Of a stretch of 59,061 nucleotides of DNA, positions 26,546 to 39,340 are shown in pieces (the first letter of the stretch is position 1; the number at the start of each line of letters is the position of its first letter). Origin of the DNA: Octopus bimaculoides (lineage: Eukaryota). The position numbers were made by a program, and so were the translations under genes. The notes beneath the pieces are model-generated. The model saw only the letters and a list, made by a program, of their open reading frames with translations, was not told the DNA's origin and did no database searches. Location of the stretch: positions 191,653,546 to 191,712,606 of the forward strand of contig NC_068982.1 of the NCBI RefSeq assembly GCF_001194135.2, in the 5' to 3' direction.

Positions 26546-28136
26546 CTAGAACTTCATTTCTTTCAAACCTTTGTTGCAGCTAATTTGGGAAATAATGAAG
26601 AATAATAACGGTCATTGTTAAGGGGTTTGCAACATAAATTCACGGGATATTTTGAGGGGAGATTTTCATTAAGACCTCTTGAAAACAAGAAGTTTGTGAC
26701 ATAGAATGAAGGATGGTGTGAGGTAGGCTGCTGAGATGAAAACCCTGTTAAGGACACCTCCCTGTCCTCCTCACCAGCCTTAGACATTGAATTCTTCTCT
26801 CCTGACTCAGATATTGAAAAAAAAGTAAAAGAAGCTGCAACAATTATAAGTAAGGAATACTTAAATATGGGGAGAGGCCAGGAGTGTCAACAGTTGATAT
26901 CTCAACAGCATCACCTCCATGGCCACCACCACCACCACCATACAGTTTTGCCATATATGTGTCAATGAAATTTTGGAAAATGAAGACCATCAAGTGAGCC
27001 AAACATTAAAACTGTTCTTTCAGTCATGACCATCATGTTAATATGTTTTCCAAGTATCATGTTACTCAAGGCCACATGACACCCCAATTGAGAGAAGTGG
27101 ACTGTTCCACCAAATAAACAAGGGACAGACACAATGAGGTACACGGTTCAGGTCAGTCATGCAGATGACGAAATACGTTGTTATAATGCGACACATTTCA
27201 GTGTCGTGCAAGACAAAACATATATGAATTGGGGGGGGGGGGATGTCATTATGACGTGTGTGATTGAAGCTCATTTTGACTGCTGTTTTAGTAAGATCAG
27301 CAATCACAAAGTGGCTTCCTTACATGCTTCTAATCTGTAACCACTAAAGAGCCCTTAACAGATACATAGATATATCCATATATATATATATATATGGCAA
27401 GAAAGAGAGGAATGATAGAAAATGGAATGAACAACATTTAAAATCTCTACAATTGTTTCAACACATTTTTACACCTTCAGTATATTGGTGAGATGTTGTG
27501 TAGTCATTAGCATGCATCCAGAGTGTACAATGCACCTCCTCAGGTGATTGTTTAAATCAGTCCTTCATTAGATTCAGTGTGAGAATGCATACCCAAAGCT
27601 ATGTGTCAGTAACATCTAATGTTTACAGAGGTTGCCAACCTACCTCTCTTCTCAACCATTTCTCCTATCTCGACCCCCACCCCAACCACACACTCTTTTA
27701 AACTTTATAACATCTTATGCACCCAGTAATCTGAGGTACCACCTAGATACCCTTATTACCACTATCTTTTTTTTAAATTCTTCTAATTCATTCTCAATCT
27801 CTTCTAAATGGGGGAAGCCATGCAGCCCCCTCTGCAACATTAACCTGCTCTACCTCTTCCCTCAACCCCTATTTAACGTGAGTTTGTATCTCCCACCCAT
27901 TCCGCAGGCTTTGTAGGCTTACCAGATCAACATGACCTAATTAGTGCTGGTGGCACGAGGAAGGGCTCCCCGTCCACCTCTATAAAGGGGTTGACGTTTG
28001 CAAGAAGGGCATTCCAGCCATAGAAACCCTAACAGACATAGCAGCATGGTGCAGTCCTTGGACTCATAGGTCCCTGTCAAACCGTCCAACCCATACCAGC
28101 ATGGAAAGCGGACGTTAAACGATGATGATGATGATG

Positions 28137-28169
<33 letters not shown>

Positions 28170-29289
28170 TACACACTGATCTTGAAACAAACCCTTCCCC
28201 CCCCACACACTACAATCTGGCACCCAGCTATTTCTGTCATTCCATCATCTACATCCCCTTCCTACCCAATATTTACCATTCCACCTGTAAACCAGCAATT
28301 ATACCTTCCACTCAATTATGTAATCTCTCACCAGACTTAATTCTAAATTCCTAACCAAATACCTCAAGGTAATTTCTGCTCCGGTTAAAATAGCAATGCA
28401 GCCAGCCAGCCAGCCAGCCAGCCCAACAAGATTAACTTGTAGGCAGTCATTAAGTCTGCTAGAAACAGCAACTAATCTCCTTCAATTCATACCCTACTGT
28501 CTTGAAAAGAGATGAATAACTAAGACAATCAACCTCAGTGGTTCTCAACTCCAATGGTTCCAAGGGCCGCATGCAGCCTTGACAGTCTTCTCCCAATGAA
28601 TAAATTTTTCTTTAATAAAACCTGTTTTATTGTGGTCCCCAAAAAGTTCCAGATTCGGGATCTGATCAGAGCATCAAAAAAAAAAAAAAACAGTTGACAA
28701 CCACTGAACTAGTTCCAGATAGACGATGATGGCCAATAAAAAGGTAGAGTAATGGGAGGCATGGCTGAAACCTATCTGACCACAGGCCAACTCCTGCTCA
28801 CTCAGGGCCGACCTGGCTTTAAACCTTTAACATTGATTATTTTGTCAAATGTAAGGATTATTTATTAATATTGTTCTGAATTAATCCTACATTATCTTGT
28901 AACTTCAAGATTTTGGTGATTGATTATTTTTAGAATGACTTTGTAGGGTAGAGGCCAGAACTGGCCAGTCTGAACACACAACAGGTAAAATACCTGGGTT
29001 GGATATAGCTAGTTTAAAGCAAAAGGGATAGACATGTGAAGATGTTATCTGGCCATTGAAAATCCCTATGAAAATGACCGTTAAACAAAGGGAAATTATT
29101 GTGTGATTGACTGTTATTAAGACAAAACAGCTATTAGAATGACCACTAAGTAAGGGGAAGGAGTAAAGGTAAGGGAGTAAAAAGGTCCATAGCGATCGCG
29201 TAAGTGCACCAATCCATACATGTTCCTATATGTATATACTCATCCACCCTCGCTTGAAACACACACATGCTCACCCACACATTCGCCAA

Positions 29290-29320
<31 letters not shown>

Positions 29321-30622
29321 GATATATATACACATATATATAGCCGCATACACGGGTATACCCGCATACACACCCACACACACGCACACAACATGCCTGC
29401 ACCCATACATACGCGCGCGCAAAAAAGGTCCAGACACATGTAAATATACACACATGCTCAAGAAAAAAACACAGGGCTAAAAGTAAACTACAGAAAAAGG
29501 TGTGAAAAAGCTATAAGGGCAAAACGCATCTATATGCGCATATTCTCACATACACGCACATACATCTATACACGCACGTACCCGCACACATAAGGTTTCA
29601 GGTACGCGTCTATAGACGCACAGGAAAAAACAAAAAAATACACAGGGTGGAGGGGGGGAAAAATATGTGTGAAAAATATACAAAACATTATCTCTATAAA
29701 TATATAAAAAATATATAAGAAATCTAAGTAAAAAGTATAGAGAGATAAAAAAAAACTTGTACATAGATACAATATAGAAAGCAAGTCCTATCAGTAAACA
29801 TTAGTAAAAGAATTTCTAGCCTCTCCTCTGATAGGGACATTTTTAATAGTGTTGCCCCAGTATATAATAAGGCTCTAAAAGATAGTGGTTTTAACGAGGA
29901 AATAACCTATACACCTGCCACCAGTCCAGTAATAAAGAAAAGGAAACATANNNNNNNNNNNNNNNNNNNNNNNNNNNNNNNNNNNNNNNNNNNNNNNNNN
30001 NNNNNNNNNNNNNNNNNNNNNNNNNNNNNNNNNNNNNNNNNNNNNNNNNNNNNNNNNNNNNNNNNNNNNNNNNNNNNNNNNNNNNNNNNNNNNNNNNNNN
30101 NNNNNNNNNNNNNNNNNNNNNNNNNNNNNNNNNNNNNNNNNNNNNNNNNNNNNNNNNNNNNNNNNNNNNNNNNNNNNNNNNNNNNNNNNNNNNNNNNNNN
30201 NNNNNNNNNNNNNNNNNNNNNNNNNNNNNNNNNNNNNNNNNNNNNNNNNNNNNNNNNNNNNNNNNNNNNNNNNNNNNNNNNNNNNNNNNNNNNNNNNNNN
30301 NNNNNNNNNNNNNNNNNNNNNNNNNNNNNNNNNNNNNNNNNNNNNNNNNNNNNNNNNNNNNNNNNNNNNNNNNNNNNNNNNNNNNNNNNNNNNNNNNNNN
30401 NNNNNNNNNNNNNNNNNNNNNNNNNNNNNNNNNNNNNNNNNNNNNNNNNNNNNNNNNNNNNNNNNNNNNNNNNNNNNNNNNNNNNNNNNNNNNNNNNNNN
30501 NNNNNNNNNNNNNNNNNNNNNNNNNNNNNNNNNNNNNNNNNNNNNNNNNNNNNNNNNNNNNNNNNNNNNNNNNNNNNNNNNNNNNNNNNNNNNNNNNNNN
30601 NNNNNNNNNNNNNNNNNNNNNN

Positions 30623-31021
30623 ACGTCTTACGGTTCATCAACCCGCATTGTTGAATTACTTTCTTCTGACATACCTTCCCTTGGTGGATAAGGATCCAGT
30701 TAGCTCAAGACATCATCAGGAGGAACCACGTCCGGTTTCGGCCCCTACTCCTCTACCGTTTTGACGTGGCAGGGCCCCTCCTTTCGGAGGTGTCTTCAGC
30801 TCTGGTGTTGGGTGCATGTCTTCTTTCACTGTTTGTGACTGTTCTAATTCAACTGTGGAATGTCCCTCGCTATGGTTATTTTCCAGGAGGTTCTGGCCAC
30901 ACGTCTTACGGTTCATCAACCCGCATTGTTGAATTACTTTCTTCTGACATACCTTCCCTTGGTGGATAAGGATCCAGTTAGCTCAAGACATCATCAGGAG
31001 GAACCACGTCCGGTTTCGGCC
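30623..31021 (+). repeat. Direct repeat with a 278-bp period
   Basis: 30623-30743 is identical to 30901-31021; the first copy starts at the gap edge. Confidence 0.9.
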
Positions 31022-31433
31022 TAGATTTCTTATATATTTTTTACATATTTTTTATATATTTATAGAGATAATGCTTTGTCTATTTTTCACACATGCTTTT
31101 TCTGTATTCTCCCCTTGACCCTGAGTTTTTTTTTTCCTGTGCGTCTATAGATGCATAGATGGAACCTTATGTGCACGTTTGTGGATGTGTGCGGGTACAT
31201 GTGTATATAGATGTATGTGCGTGCATGCGAGAATATGCGCATATAGACGCGTTTTGCCCTTATACCTTTTTCACACATTTTTCTGTATTTTGCTTTTAGC
31301 CGTTTTTTTTTTTCTTGAGCATGTGTGTATGGACCTTTTTGTGCGCGCGTATGTATGGGTGTGTGCATGTTGCGCACGTGTTTGTGTGTGGGTGTGTATG
31401 CAGGTATACCCGTGTATGCGGCTATATATGTGC

Positions 31434-31479
<46 letters not shown>

Positions 31480-31764
31480 GCGTGTGTATATATATATGTA
31501 TATGTGTGTGTGTGTGTGTATATATATATTTAGCGAATGTGTGGGTGAGCATGTGTGTGTTTCAAGGGAGGGTGGATGAGTATATATATATATAGGCACA
31601 TGTATGGGTTGGTGCGCTTACGTGAATACTATGAACTTTTTAACTTCCTTACCTTTACTCCCTCTCCTCATTTAGCGGTCATTCTAATGGCTCTTTTGTC
31701 TTAATAACGGTCAACCACACGGTAATTTCCCTTTATTTAATGGTCATTTTCATAGGAATTTTCA

Positions 31765-31841
31765 ATGGCCAGATATAACTGAAGAGATGGCGGCGTGGGT
31801 TTCTGGCCCGGCATCCGAAACTCAGAGTTTTATCATGGCTA
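31765..31841 (+). ncRNA. Type I hammerhead ribozyme candidate (Penelope/retrozyme-type)
   Basis: CTGAAGA 31779-85; stem II GATG.CG/CG.CATC; GAAA 31817-20; stem III ACT/AGT closing loop CAG; GUU triplet 31827-29; stem I tggcca-gatataa / ttatc-a-tggcta with internal bulge. Confidence 0.75.
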
Positions 31842-32568
31842 CCGAATAAGTGTCACATATTTTTACAGATAAATTCCTCTATTTACATATCGAGGTCTCT
31901 TTCTTTCTTTTGTTGTCTTTTCTATCAGTATATATATATATATATATATACACACATTTGTACATGACGGGCTTCTTTTAATCTCCATCTTCCAAATCCA
32001 CTCAAAAGGCTTTGGTCGGCCTGAGGTTACAGCAGAAAACACTTGCCCAAGGTGCCTGGAACTATGTGGTTGGGAAGCAAGCTTCTTACCACACAGCCAC
32101 ACCTGTGTGGACAAGTATNNNNNNNNNNNNNNNNNNNNNNNNNNNNNNNNNNNNNNNNNNNNNNNNNNNNNNNNNNNNNNNNNNNNNNNNNNNNNNNNNN
32201 NNNNNNNNNNNNNNNNNNNNNNNNNNNNNNNNNNNNNNNNNNNNNNNNNNNNNNNNNNNNNNNNNNNNNNNNNNNNNNNNNNNNNNNNNNNNNNNNNNNN
32301 NNNNNNNNNNNNNNNNNNNNNNNNNNNNNNNNNNNNNNNNNNNNNNNNNNNNNNNNNNNNNNNNNNNNNNNNNNNNNNNNNNNNNNNNNNNNNNNNNNNN
32401 NNNNNNNNNNNNNNNNNNNNNNNNNNNNNNNNNNNNNNNNNNNNNNNNNNNNNNNNNNNNNNNNNNNNNNNGTGGTTGGGAAGCAAACCTCTTACCACAC
32501 CACACAGCCATGCCTTAGTAGGAATAGAAGAGGAAGGAGATGAAGAGGATAGTATGACAGGAAAAGCT

Positions 32569-32606
<38 letters not shown>

Positions 32607-32992
32607 ATGTGTGTGTGTGTGTGTGTGTGTGTTGTTTCAAGATCAGTGTGTGTGTGTGTGTGTGTGTACTTCTGTCTGTGTGCACGCACACACAGTCTTT
32701 GGACAGTCAGTTTCCAAGACCATCATGAGGCAACTTAAAGAACTCAGTGCTGGATCTGAGTTTTAATGTTTTGTTAAAAACATGAAGAAGAATGGTTTCT
32801 AATTTAAGCACAAGGCCAGCAATTAATTTTTTTTTAGGTGGGGTAGGGGTGAAGCAATGCCATGGAGGCGGGTATTTGAGTAATTTATTTTATTGGCCTC
32901 AGAAGAATGAAAAACAAAGTTCGGTGGAACAAATAGCACAAAGTATTTTTTACAAAGCTTTTAAGTTTCTCCCAACTCACAACCACAACAAC

Positions 32993-33028
<36 letters not shown>

Positions 33029-36000
33029 TATTATTATTATTATTACTACTATCATGAGTGTTTGAAGGAGAGGACTTAAAGAGAATAATAGAAAAAAAAT
33101 GAGTGGAAAGAGAAAACAACTTTTGAAAGAAGAAAAACAAAACACTAAGGAGCTGCATCTATTTGCAATGGATGCGTGAATGTAATTTGAGTCGAGGGAT
33201 GGATTTTGCTATGAAGTCACACTGGGGACATTGATGGTTTTCATTTTGCCAGGGATTGGGCAAATGTGTCTGTTGGTTGCAGGATATCATTCTTTTATTG
33301 TTCTTTTTCTTCAACTCAAATTGTTTGGATGCATCCTGACACATTTTACGCCATGCAGATTGATCTAGGCAATGACTTCCCCAAGATGTCCAAGTTAAGC
33401 TGAAGAGATTTTAGGGATTGCTTCAACTTATCCTTATACCTAGTTGACAAGTCTTCCTTTGCTTCAATATCCCTCACTTGTTGGCCATACAAAAGAATTT
33501 TATTATTATAATAATCCTTTCTACTATAGGCACAAGGCCTGAAATTTTGGGGGAGGGGGGCCCAGTCAATTACATCGGCCCCCAGTGCATAACTGGTACT
33601 TATTTCATCGACCCCAAAAGAATAAAAGGCAAAGTTGACCATGGCAGAATTTGAACTCAGAATGTAAAGACTAGCAAAATACCACTAAGCATTATGCGCA
33701 AGACACTAACAATTCTGCCAGCTCACCATCCTGAAATTTTGGGTGAAAGGGCTAGTCAATTACATTGACCCCATTGTTCAACTGGTACTAACTTTATTGA
33801 CCCCAAAAGGATGAAAGGCAAAGTTGACCTCAGCAGAATTTGACCTGGAAACAAAATACTGTTAAGCATTTTGTCCTGTGTGCTAACGATTCCATCAGCT
33901 CATTACCTTAATGATGATGGTGACGTTCAAGTATGTTTAACACCTGTTAATGCTCCTATTGTCCAATATTAACATAATTAAATAAACCGTTTCCTACTTC
34001 TGGCCTGCTCTCTCTCTCTCGTCCTAAACTGTTGTCATTATATGAGGTCATTAAAACCAGCTCCAATTATCATAACATTTGAAGTAGTTCTTGGTACCAT
34101 GAACAAGACAACAGGATCCTATGTCATATGTGGAATGTTGAAAATATGAAAGAAATCAACCAGTGAAAAGGAAGGAACTTTCAAGTTCATGGGAAGTTGT
34201 TAGTGGAACCATCCAGAGTGGATGGTTCCACTAAAGGTGAGTGAGGGAGGTTAGGGTTAGGGACAAACTGGTCTCTCTCTCTCTCTCTCCACCCTATCCC
34301 TCCTGATGGCCTCCCACATACTTTCAAGCCATTGTAGAAGACATTTTGTCTACATCCCTTGATATGAAGTTGAACCTGTATGTACATTATGACAAAGTTA
34401 ACTTTGGTCACTTGTGAGGTCTCTCGTGAGTACTCATGGTAACACGGAATCCAGTACAAACTGTAGCATGGTCGGGTAATTGGTGACTAGACTTGCCTGA
34501 TGAGGAAGGTTGCTACAACAAATAAGACCTGTCGAAAGGACGGGTGAACAACTATCTAACAATATCATGGGCTTTTAAAAATTCCGGGTTAGCGTCCTGC
34601 ATACTGGAAGACCACTGAGAGTGAGGCACCCCTTGGCTTTTGTGAAAGCATGTCCCTAGAACTTGCTTCAAACCCAGGCTACATCTGCTTGGACAATCTG
34701 TGGTGATTTGGTCGACAATCGATAGCAAGGGGAGCTGTTTTGAATCACCAGACTGTGTATGCAGGTGACTGAGAACCACATGTGAACTTGTATTCCCACT
34801 GAAGCTCTAAACAAGATGGTAAGGAAATTTGAATTGGGACAGACTGTAAGGGAGATCAATTTGCTGCTTAGAAGAATCTGAAAGGAAAAAAGGCAGTGGA
34901 GGTGTTGATGTGAGGGAGATAAATCAAGTAGAAATGATACAAGGTTGAATAATTCAACATTTTGTTGTGGCTGTCTTTGAATTCCTGTCCATTGTCTGAA
35001 AATCTTTTGTCACACATCTGTCACCTCCTCAGCGACACTTTCTGTCTTCGTGTGTGCTCTTGCTCTGCTTATTCCAAACAGAATGGAATAAGCAGAAAAA
35101 GAGCACACACAAAGATGGAAAGTGTCACTGTAGAGGTCACAGATGTGTGACGAAAGATATCTTAATTGATTTTGATATAGTTTAGAAAAAATATCAGAGA
35201 ATATTCTTCATTGTCTTAAAAATGGCAAAATCTAACAGTAATATTGTTTAGATGTCTGGGCACAGTTCAAAGGCCTGGCAACAGACCTGCTATCCTGAAA
35301 TCCCTGAGCCCTGGTGATCATTGGCAGATATGGAATTAGGGGGTCTTAATGAATGTAATGGGGGTCTAGGTGAGGGTTATGGTTGGGGAAGAAGTGAGAG
35401 GAAGGGACAAGGAGGGGGCATTAAGACATACACTGAAATTCTCAATGTGATTTCAGTTTGGTTGTTTTATTTTATTACTAAAAGGACTGCATCGCCTTTA
35501 TTGGTGATGTTAATGGCTATATTTTACTGACTAGCAAAATGTCACCATCTAAACCAGAAAACACACTGTAGATATACAACACCATGATGAAGGCTCAAGG
35601 TTACAAGAGTTGGCTCCTTAATCATGTAATCTCACAATCTTTCCAGAAAGACTAAACTGTTACACGTNNNNNNNNNNNNNNNNNNNNNNNNNNNNNNNNN
35701 NNNNNNNNNAGATAACAGGGTTAGAGTTAAAGATAACCCGACACCTAAAAACATGTAAAGAAGCCATACTGAAGACTTTATCATACACACTGATATCTGT
35801 ATGGGCTAAAGATGAATGTTAAGTATGTTATGAGTACATGCCAGCTATTTCTATAAACTGTCAGAAATATCTTCAGTATAGAATAACTAGAACAAGAGTT
35901 TTAATAATTATCACCCTTTGTAGTTGCTCTTTAGAACTAAAGATAGAGAAAATTAGAAAAATTCCTCTTATGCAAGCCATGTAATATGTAATGGATTTAC

Positions 36001-37864
36001 ATAAGGTATATGAGTGGATGTGTGTATGTACATATGTGCACACGTGCATGCGTGTGTGTGTGTGTAACACAAACAGTAATGATATTTATTTGCACTTGTT
36101 GCTAATTCTGTGGCACCCATTCATATTTGGAGTGTTTCTATTTTTAAGTCAGAAGACCAACTGAAACAACATTCCAAGCATTCCGTTAGGCTCCGGTGTT
36201 GAGACCTGGTTAATTTAGCACCCTTGCTTCACTATGTCAGCAATATCTAAGACAACATCACACACTGAATTTCATGGCATAAAATCTAGATGGGTTGTCA
36301 GGTGTGTGCTTATGGATGTGTACATGTACACATATCTACCCCATCTCTAACCAGCCCTCTCTATTCCCATACACTCTTACAAGGTCTACCCACCAACCCT
36401 TCCTGTCCCCCCACCCTCTCATATTTACTTGTTGTACCTCAACTCTTTAGCCTTTAAACTGACAACATCCAACCAAGATATTCTCCGTTTTATGTTCAAA
36501 CTGGCCAGATCTAGCCTTTCACACCTACCCTACAATGTCATTCTGAAAATAAACAATCACACTGTCAAAATCTTGAAGCTACAACATAAAATAAAACAAT
36601 GAGAATAAATACAAATTACATTTGACAGAGGAATCTGAATGCTAAATGGTCAAAGGATCATTGTCACCTCATCACCAGTATCTTTGTCTCTCTTTTCAGT
36701 TCCACCCTCACTATTCCCACCCATTCTTCTATAATGCAATATAGCCACGTTTCTACACCAAAAGACCTCTTCCTGCCCCCCTTCTTTCATAGTTTAGCCT
36801 CACAGAACTCAACACACAAAGTCATGTCCTTCTCTAATATAGTCCTACTCAGTTGTAAGGGATCACACTCTTGTGAGTTAGATGGCAATCTTGCTCCCAT
36901 TGGTGCCACATAAAAAGCACCCAGTCCACACTATAAAGGGCATCCAGCCATAGAAACCATCCCAAAGCAGACACTGGACATGAATGTGGCCCTCTGATTT
37001 ATCAAATCCTGTCAAACTGTCTCAATTCATGTCAGCATGGAAAACAGAGGTTAAATGATGAGGATGATGTATCTTCTATCTTTCATTTCTGTCATTAGAC
37101 AGCAGCCATGCTGGAGCACTGTGTATCAACCCCAGGACTTTTCATTTTTTAAAGCCTGATAGTTATTCCGTCAGTCTCTTTTGCCAAACTGTTAAGTTAC
37201 GAGACATCATTTTCCATCTCTCAAATCCACTCATAAGGCTTTGGTCCACCCGAGGCTATAGAAGACATTTGTCCAAGGTGGCATGCAGTGGGACTGAACC
37301 TGGAACCACGTGGCTAGGAAGAAAACTTACCATACAGCCACACCTGTACACATATCTTTCTAATTGTACACGTAAATGTACATCATATACATCTTATAAT
37401 AGATGTGTACCTACAAGTGGGGTATTTTGTAATAATATGTGTACAGTGGAAGACTGGCCAGGTTGCCAACTTGCCCAATGGCAAGTGGGCCCCTGCAGCA
37501 TTAGAAACCCTACATGGGGGCCCATGTTAGTATCTAAGGGGCCCATCCCCTCAAGTTTGAGAATTTTTTATTCACTCCTGGAAGAATGCATTAATTATTT
37601 CAGCCTGGCTGTGTTTGTCGACAGCTGAAAAGAATACTTTTAACAAAAATAAATGATAGCATTGTTGTTGCAAATGGGGCCCCTTGTAGTTGTGGGTGGG
37701 CTCTCTTAATCTCCTGGCAACCAATATTTCTAGACGCAGTCCGCCACTGCATGTGTATGATGGATGTATATATTCATGTATGATGTATAAACTATACACA
37801 TTAGTAGGACTAGAAATCACTATGCACAACCGTCCATCTCTATTTACACTCACACACAAGTAAT

Positions 37865-39340
37865 CATCATCATCGTTTAACGTCCGCTTTCCATGCTAGC
37901 ATGGGTTGGACAATTTGACTGAGGACTGGTGAAACCGGATGGCAACACCAGGCTCCAATCTAATTTGGCAGAGTTTCTACAGCTGGATACCCTTCCTAAC
38001 GCCAACCACTCCGAGAGTGTAGTGGATGCTTTTACGTGTCACCTGCACGTGGGCCAGTCAGGCGGTACTGGCAACGGCCATGCTCAAAATGGTGTCTTTT
38101 ATGTGCCACCCGCACAAGAGCCAGTCCAGGGGCACTGGCAACGATCTCGCTCGAAANNNNNNNNNNNNNNNNNNNNNNNNNNNNNNNNNNNNNNNNNNNN
38201 NNNNNNNNNNNNNNNNNNNNNNNNNNNNNNNNNNNNNNNNNNNNNNNNNNNNNNNNNNNNNNNNNNNNNNNNNNNNNNNNNNNNNNNNNNNNNNNNNNNN
38301 NNNNNNNNNNNNNNNNNNNNNNNNNNNNNNNNNNNNNNNNNNNNNNNNNNNNNNNNNNNNNNNNNNNNNNNNNNNNNNNNNNNNNNNNNNNNNNNNNNNN
38401 NNNNNNNNNNNNNNNNNNNNNNNNNNNNNNNNNNNNNNNNNNNNNNNNNNNNNNNNNNNNNNNNNNNNNNNNNNNNNNNNNNNNNNNNNNNNNNNNNNNN
38501 NNNNNNNNNNNNNNNNNNNNNNNNNNNNNNNNNNNNNNNNNNNNNNNNNNNNNNNNNNNNNNNNNNNNNNNNNNNNNNNNNNNNNNNNNNNNNNNNNNNN
38601 NNNNNNNNNNNNNNNNNNNNNNNNNNNNNNNNNNNNNNNNNNNNNNNNNNNNNNNNNNNNNNNNNNNNNNNNNNNNNNNNNNNNNNNNNNNNNNNNNNNN
38701 NNNNNNNNNNNNNNNNNNNNNNNNNNNNNNNNNNNNNNNNNNNNNNNNNNNNNNNNNNNNNNNNNNNNNNNNNNNNNNNNNNNNNNNNNNNNNNNNNNNN
38801 NNNNNNNNNNNNNNNNNNNNNNNNNNNNNNNNNNNNNNNNNNNNNNNNNNNNNNNNNNNNNNNNNNNNNNNNNNNNNNNNNNNNNNNNNNNNNNNNNNNN
38901 NNNNNNNNNNNNNNNNNNNNNNNNNNNNNNNNNNNNNNNNNNNNNNNNNNNNNNTTTTACTCTGAGTGAGAGTCTGCCTTTTACTCTGAGTGAGAGTCCC
39001 TTTGTCGCCAGCAGGGGTAAGAGCTCTCTAAACTTTGCCCAGGCTATTCTTATTCTAGCAGCTACACTTTCAGCGCACCCACCCCCACTACTAACTTGGT
39101 GACCCAGATAGCGGAAGCTATCGACTACCTCTAGTTTTTCTCCCTGGAATGAGATAGAAGTTGTTTCCTGTTTGTTTACAGTGTTTATTGCACCTGAACA
39201 TCTGCCACACACAAAAACTAACTTCCTAGTTAACCTGCCTTTGATATTGCTGCACCTCTTATGTGTCCATAGCTTGCACCAGGTACATCTTATGGAGTTA
39301 CTACCTACTCCTTTTCTAAAAAAAATATGGAAGACCTCAG
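37865..39340 (-). mobile_element. Relatively young 5'-truncated RTE LINE (ORF2 C-terminal part, gap, 3' UTR, (GAT)n tail)
   Basis: GVGSNSIRCTWCKLWTHKRCS..VCGRC..LEVVDSFRYLG..GGC..RIRIAWAKFRELLPLL..LSLRVKGRL open up to the gap. The 3' UTR and tail resume at 38156-37865 in the same orientation. Confidence 0.85.

Larger units (their letters stand above)
29048..31841. mobile_element. Penelope-like element locus: inverted ~700-bp arms around an RT-thumb fragment, a gap and a 278-bp repeat
   Basis: 29048-29726 is the reverse complement of 31022-31773. 29782-29949 (+) encodes QVLSVNISKRISSLSSDRDIFNSVAPVYNKALKDSGFNEEITY, the PLE RT thumb/linker motif. Hammerhead at the outer end of the right arm. 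Confidence 0.7.

Noticed and set aside
31783-31796. YY1-like AAGAGATGGCGGCG as a promoter
   Set aside because: Better explained as the hammerhead core plus stem II; no downstream exon.
32993-33044. (AAT)n(TAT)n palindromic junction
   Set aside because: Juxtaposed trinucleotide repeats, common in this genome; source of the poly-N/Y/I ORFs.
37915-37945. CTGAGGA..GAAAC in RTE 3' UTR copies (also 39405) as a minimal hammerhead
   Set aside because: No stem II, no NUH triplet and no stem I; GAAAC is not conserved in other copies.
38026-39102. Long ORFs of 300-430 aa spanning N runs
   Set aside because: Gap artefacts; only the RTE portion on - is real.
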